DNA of 41,716 nucleotides, from contig RBNJ01000101.1 of NCBI GenBank assembly GCA_003990765.1, positions 1-41,716 of the forward strand, in the 5' to 3' direction. A program made the position numbers and the translations under genes. The DNA comes from Jimgerdemannia flammicorona (lineage: Eukaryota). The notes under the pieces are model-generated. The model worked only from the letters and a program-made list of their open reading frames with translations. It was not told the DNA's origin and made no database searches. Within the stretch, counting starts at the first letter, position 1. Every line of letters starts with the position of its first letter. This document shows positions 35,139-41,716 of the stretch, one piece after another.

Positions 35139-36214
35139 TTACTCGCTCTTCTTGGACTTCCTAGCACTGCTGTAGGTCCTCCTCGCAAAGTCGAGGAACA
35201 GGTAGGTAAGCGGGCACAGATAGGCGACGTTGATGGCAATGGCGAACTTCTGGCCAGGGGTGGACAAACAGTTGGGAACGAAAAGATAGCTGACGGCCAG
35301 CGTTGTTCCAACGAGGAACTGCGTGATCTGCATGCTTGTTAGGTACTTCTTGCCCGGAGGGTTGATACCGACGCTGGTAAGGGCGTAGTACGCGTACATG
35401 ATGGAGTGAATGAAAGAGTTGAAGAGGACGAAAATCCAGACCGGCGTCGACTGGTAGTGGATGCCGGACCTTGATAGAGAAAATGGAGATAATGTAAGTG
35501 AGTATTTAAAGATTGGAATGACCGGATACCATGCGCAAAGAAATCGAATACATCTATGACAAGCGACAAGCTCAAAATTTGCTTACCACATCGTGATCAT
35601 CGCGCCGGCGTGATGATATGTTTGCAAGAGAGAGGAACGACGACCCTTCAAGAGAATGATGATGGTGTCGATGATCTCGTAATACTTGGATAGATAGAAC
35701 AAATAACCCCAGTAGCCGAGAGAGTTGTTCCATAGGAATGAGTCCTTATCACAGTACTACGAGGTTTGGGAAAACGCGTTGAGACGGAAAGAAAGAAAAA
35801 ATCAATTCATTGATTCTACCTTCCATCGACATGTGATCCAACTAAATACACGACCCTACTTAATCCCATACTCACAGCATTTTTGATGGAATCCGCCCTT
35901 CCGAAGCTTGCAGTCATACCTCGAGCCATGTTAAAGAAAGTAACGGCCGAGTATGCACACAAGAGTAGGTTGTGGACGAACACGAAGGCCGTCATCGCCG
36001 AGCTCGACTGGGAGACTTTGGCCGGCGTGGCGTCAGTAGCAGACTTAGCGACGACACGCGACACCTTCGAGGTTGGCGGGTTCAAGAGCGCTATCGAGAT
36101 GGTGTAGAGACCGGCAATCACCAACGGGGTCTTCCAATTCATAAAGAAGTCGTAATACTCGGGGTATGGGATGCCCGCTGGCATGGGTGAACCGCTGGGG
36201 AAGAGGGCTTCCAT
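35139..36214 (-). CDS. ELO/GNS1/SUR4-family fatty acid elongase (exons 36214-35876, 35756-35587, 35469-35139)
   Basis: HNLLLCAYS, FYLSKYYEIIDTIIILLKGR, LQTYHH, NSFIHSIMYAYY and TSMQITQF. C-terminal KKSE is an ER dilysine-type signal. Confidence 0.93.
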
Positions 36215-38952
36215 TTGGAGGATTGATTGAAAGACGGTTGGGAAAGAAGGGCGAATCTACGTAGTGAAATACTCTGATTTGAGATAAAATAATTTTTCCA
36301 GGTTGGTTGTCAAGGGTTTATAAACGTTGTTAGATAGGGCAAAACTTTGGGGTTTTAACTTCACACAATATATATATATATATATATATATTGGAAAGAC
36401 AGATATGATTTCCTTTTGCAATATCGATACACCGCTCAGCGGAACTTCGGCTTCTAGCCTACAATCTGCGCCCAGGCCAATCGAAGGGTCCAAACCCGGG
36501 CAAGAATTCCTGTGATGCTAAGCGGTGATTGTGGCAGAGCGAGTCAAGCCAACAATGGTTTTCGGCTTGGTAATCTTCGGAATCTGCCGTTTGATCTTTC
36601 CCCAGAGATTGGGTCTGTTGGCGGAGAGCGGAATCTCGCCTTTTTGGGGCAGAAGCCACAAAGATTTCGGGACCGATCCTTTGGTCGATGTTGAATCACA
36701 TGAAGCAAGGAACACATATCTTGCCGTATCTCGATTTTCGGATTTCGATTGGAATAAGGTAGGGAGATCCCTAGGCCACGCCGATGAAAGGGAAACCGGC
36801 GGGAACACATGGTACCTTGGCGCTTATCCTGTAATGTTAGCGGCTCTACACTGATGTCACATTTGGAATAACATTTCACCTAAATGGAAAGTTACAGTAA
36901 TAAAAATATCAGAGAATGCCAGCCTTGTGGGTGGATTGATACGCCAAGACTGGATTTAGAAGGGTGTATCTAATGACCCCACGAAAAGTCGTAAGGTTTT
37001 TTTAAACCACGCGTCGCATTATTTGGCAGCTACACAAAAATGTAGAAGACCTAGCCAGAACGATGCGAGCTTGTAACATACAACATGGCTGATACGGGAA
37101 ATCCATATAAAAGCATTGGGTTCAGGGGCAGCCCCAAAACCTGCCTGCATAGTTCACATGTGTATGTTTTGGCGGCATGTTGATCCCCATATTTTGCCAT
37201 CCGGTTGTAAACAATGTGCGTACTCTTTGGGAAGAGATCGATTAGCGTTCTTTTTTCCGTTTTGCGTCGCTTTGTAAACATGAATGCCTTGATACGACTC
37301 CGCCCCATCGGACCGATCTGTATCTCCGACCATTATTCTACTAAACAAGGGTGCTGGGCCTTGTAACCTACAAAAAATTCCAAATTTATATTTAATCTCA
37401 TGGCCATGGGTATCTACGACGCAGACCACCCCGGGGCCATCTTAAAAAGAAGCGTGCTCGTTGAATCAAGGGAGTTCGACGCGTTCCAATGGTCATTTGT
37501 TCGAATCGCATCATTTCACATATTTCATGTCACTTATTACATGAAAGCACGTATTGAGTCCCATCCCCGTGAGATCCAGGTCTATCGCCATGATCCTTAC
37601 TCACCGACAACAGAGTGGGAGTGCTATCTTTTTTTTTTTTTTGGAAATTTTGCCTACCTGGTACTGGCTCGGGTCCCACCGATTTCAGCCGTATAACCTT
37701 GTTGCTTTGCCAGGACCTACCATCAATGAGATGGATTTAGGTGAGCTCTCAAGATTGTAAAGGTAGGAAAATACTCTCCTTTGTTGCTTGAGGGTTATAC
37801 TACTCGAGAGCAGCGATACATGAACGCGTTGGTGAATGATTAACGTAAAACAAACACTTTTTTTTTTTTTTTTTGCTATTTCTTATCGCAAGACTTATTT
37901 TCCTCTAAGAAAGCATAAAGAAGTTTGAAATTCGTAGATTCTTTGATATTATGTTCTCGTTCATCTTAAAACCACATCACATATATATATGATACATCTG
38001 TACTAAATGTATGGTACAGGTATAGTACAGATACTCGAATGTATGGTACGGATACCAGTTGAGGTTTCACTGAAACGTTAGGTATTCATCTGAGAGTCAA
38101 TTCTAGGAGCTTATCCTCTGATACCATTTTTCTGACCAACAAGCTTATGTTATTGGAAATCAGTTAACTAACGTCATCGCGTACGTCGCCTGGCCCAACT
38201 AATGTAATTCAAGCAATGTTTCGCCACCCTCCGCCGGCACCTTGTGAGGTTACACTTCCAGCGGCTCTTATGTTAGGCAAGATTGAGGTTCGCTCAAGAA
38301 TTTTGGAATTCGGACCTAGAAAGCGGCCAGATATAGAGCCGGTCCATAATTGCCAGTGGCGGATGCGCCAGAGACGCCAGGTGACGGACTACACAGCAAC
38401 TTGCGAAGCCTATCTTGCACAGAAATTTGTAACAACGGAGCCTTAGTCGAGATTTTCGAGCAACGGGTTTTAGTTTTGATCCATCTTTGAATTGCGCATT
38501 CAGCGTTTTCTTCTTTTCTCTTTCTATTATGCTGCTTTCTTGCTATTCGAGGACTCCTTGGTGTTACATACTTCTTGCGACTAGAGATCTTCCAAAACTC
38601 GGCTTTCATGAATTCCCTCCATTAAGTATCACGAGGATTTTCCGGGATTACAATACACTACCCTGTATGAAATTCTGGAGGACAAGGTAGGCGCTCGGTT
38701 GATGATGGCCGCAAACGGCGCCTCGTCGACAACGCTTGGGTTTCTTCGGATTTTCGCGACAATTCACAATTTGGTTTCATAGCAAACGCGCTAAATCGTT
38801 TATGCATTTTATGTATGAAGTGGATGGGACATGTAGATGGACAGGTCATAATATAATAAAGAGGTGATGTCAAAAGAATGTCTACGCAAGGATTGCCCAC
38901 ATAAAAAAATGTCCTAGATAAGCGCACGACGCAAACTATAGTGCGCACGAAC

Positions 38953-39556
38953 TTAATGCGTGACGTCGTTGCCGGTGGGCTTAGCGACCAAAACGGAAGT
39001 GTGAGCGTTGTGGACAAGGAAGTCGGACACGGAACCAACAATGTTCCTCTTGACGGCGCCAAGGCCGCGAGTGCCGACAACGAGGAGATCGACGTGGGCA
39101 TCAGCCGCGTACTTTGCAATCTCTGCGCCGGCGCTGCCGTGGAGGACGACGATCTGCGTGGTGACGTCCTTGACAGACTCGCGGATCTCGGCAGTGATAC
39201 CATTAAGGATGGTTTCTGTGTTGGACTCAATTTCCTTGACTCGCTTGCGGTAGTCCTCCTCCTCCACCAGGCCCCAGGCCGCGGCAGCGTCCAGCGACGG
39301 TTTATCGAACCACTTGGACTTGTCGGCGTTGATCACGCTCACGATCACGACATGATCGCGGCCCGGGATCAGGACTTTGTCGATCGCCTGTGAGGCAGAG
39401 AGAAGGGAAAGGTCGTGTGAGTAATGAGGGGATTAACGCACTCTAGTGGAACAGATGGGAAGGTCTGACACGTACATATTTGTAGGTCTTCTGGGCGCAG
39501 AGGGAATTGTCGTAGGCGATGAGCACCTTGCGACGCAGTTCAAGGGGAAGAGACAT
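38953..39556 (-). CDS. Universal stress protein (UspA-like); exons 39556-39476, 39387-38953
   Basis: RRKVLIAYDNS and DLLVVGTRGLGAVKRNIVGSVSDFLVHNAHTSVLV (G-2x-G-9x-GS ATP-binding motif). Confidence 0.93.
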
Positions 39557-40369
39557 GTATTGAACGGTGCGGTGGTGATGCTGATGCTGCTTGCTAGTAT
39601 GAGGAGTCGTAGTGAAACAGTTATTTCAAAGTTTGTAAAGAGGATAGCATGCAAATGGTCACCCTTTTTATAGGACGCGCTCGGAGGCTTATCGCGCTAT
39701 TCAGGTATTCAAGGCCGTGTGAATCAAAGTGGCGTGAGACCGCTGCGGCCAACCGAAATTCCGTCGACGTTCATGACGGCATCCGTCACACACCAGCTTG
39801 AAAACGCGTCAAGGTTCCGAAGGACCTGGGCCTTTGGAAATATTAAACACGCAATAACAAATCCTTCCTATCGCACGCCTACATACCCTAAGCGAAGGCC
39901 TCTGAGCCCTCTATGACCAATAAACCTACCCATTTGATGCGGTCCCCTGATCAGCCATTCGGTGGTTGCTTTGCAAGCGCGTTCATGACTGTCGAGCGCG
40001 ACGGCCAGCGGAGCGGCCAAAAGTTATGCAACGTGAGACAGGACATAATGCAGGTCCGATATTGCCTTTATTGTTCGTCATGCTATGCTTTCTTGGATAT
40101 ATGGCGCAAATGCTGGGATTTGCCGTATGCCAAATGCTTGAAACCCGTGTAGTTGGTCGTAGTTTTCAAGCACGGTGGAATTTTTGATTTTACAATAACA
40201 ATAATAAAATAGTTGATCTCAGTTTGCACCCGTCATTAGACTTTGACAAATTTATGTGTATATACACCAAACTATGTGAACCCGGAAATCCGATCGTCTT
40301 TTGCATAAGCATTTTTTTTTTTTTTTTTTTTTTTTTTTCTTTTTTTTTTTTTTTTTATTTTTTTTTTTT

Positions 40370-40403
<34 letters not shown>

Positions 40404-40835
40404 CCCTTCATTTCATTGTCTAAATTTAAGTTTCTACTGGATTCTAGACCATTTGTGGGCGGACAGCAACGCCTACAATCCTTCGACATTGCATCTTGAA
40501 CCATATTGTTGTGACTGGGATTCTGTCGTACTCTTATTGTAATTACGTCATACGACTATACATGTGTCGGCGAAATTCGCCCCAGTTCTTCGTCATGCAA
40601 AAACCGACGTCCCACTTGACGGGCTCCAATTATTTTGCGTTTTGCGAATATACATTGGTGATCACTCAAAGCCAGTGTCGCTGCACGTGCTCTTCGATAT
40701 CAGGTGGTGGCGATTCCACCAGTCCACTCGTCAGCGATACATTTCCGCTCCCCCTATTTAAAGTTCCTACGTCCCGACCTCACTTACCATATTCCAAACC
40801 ACCATCCTACCATCACCACAAAAGAAACCCACATC

Positions 40836-41495
40836 ATGTCTCGCAAGGTCTTCATCGCCTACGATCACTCCAAGACGAGCGAGTACGCTGTCACCTGGGT
40901 CCTCGACCACAACGTCCTCCTCCCCACCGACCACATCATCGTCGCCAATATCGTAGACGAGGAGCCCACCCGCCTCTATGATTCGCTCACCATCCAGGCT
41001 GCCGCCGCATCCGCGGGAGAGTGGCTCGCAGAGGATTATAAGCTTCGTGTCGCCGCGCTCGAAAAAGATGCCAAGGGGATTCTCACCAGCGTCGCCGCGC
41101 TGATTAAGGCCAAAGGAGTAGGTGTAAGGCAGGATCAATTAAGGAAGTTGAGAGTGTGGTTGCGTATGATAGCTAACGTGGCGGGTCTTGCTGTTATTCA
41201 TAGTTCAATGTCGAGGCCATCATGCTGCAAGGGAATGTCAAGGAGCAGATCATCAACTATACCGAGTCGCACGGAGTTGACATCATCATCATCGGATCTC
41301 GCGGGTTGAGCTTCTTCAAGAGGTATATACGCGTGCCTCCTTTCTTGCAGCATGATAATTCGATAAGAGAGTCGACTCTAACCGGTACCCCTGATCAATT
41401 ATAGGACCTTGCTCGGTTCCGTTAGCGACCACGTCGTGCACCACTCCAAGGCTTCAGTCCTTCTCGTTCGCGCGCCGGAGGAGGCGAAGCATTGA
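40836..41495 (+). CDS. Universal stress protein (UspA-like); exons 40836-41117, 41204-41322, 41405-41495
   Basis: SRKVFIAYDHS and [37 protein letters not shown]. GT-AG introns are in phase. Confidence 0.93.
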
Positions 41496-41524
41496 ACGTA
41501 AATGCTCGTCTTCTTCCATGTACC

Positions 41525-41557
<33 letters not shown>

Positions 41558-41674
41558 TCATAATTGCTGTGACCAACGCTTTGTACATTTACTTTGCATT
41601 CCTACAATGCCTCCTAATAAAATTGGCAAATATTTTGTTAGGTTGCCATACGCCACGAATCTACGATTTGCTTG

Positions 41675-41710
<36 letters not shown>

Positions 41711-41716
41711 CTTTTT

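Noticed and set aside
36257-38690. Short ORFs between the elongase and the first USP
   Set aside because: No motifs, codon bias or consistent exon structure that I can support.
40224-40499. Poly-Phe ORF
   Set aside because: Poly(T) low-complexity tract, possibly with homopolymer sequencing error.

Overview
Eukaryotic, intron-containing fungal DNA. The kinase family and gene style suggest an early-diverging, Mucoromycota-like lineage (inference). There are three zones. (1) 1-~18200 is a CpG-stripped, C>T/G>A-riddled transposon graveyard: two Ty3/Gypsy pol remnants (one with a dUTPase), a Ty1/Copia relic on the minus strand, and a younger 6.4-kb hAT DNA transposon (11257-17645) with perfect 12-bp TIRs and an 8-bp TSD. 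The hAT carries a spliced transposase (+) and a convergent 5-exon cargo gene (-) whose reconstructed product looks like a TET/JBP-type 2OG-Fe(II) dioxygenase. This is the most interesting item in the window. (2) ~18200-34400 is an array of four three-exon non-RD TKL-like kinase paralogs (one frameshifted) plus an exon-1 fragment. It is interrupted by a ~7-kb block holding a secreted type-B carboxylesterase, a CAP/PR-1 pseudogene, a small membrane-protein pseudogene and a probable hAT remnant. (3) 35100-41500 holds ordinary genes: an ELO-family elongase with a QxxHH box and a divergent pair of universal stress proteins. All exon models were read by eye and no searches were run.
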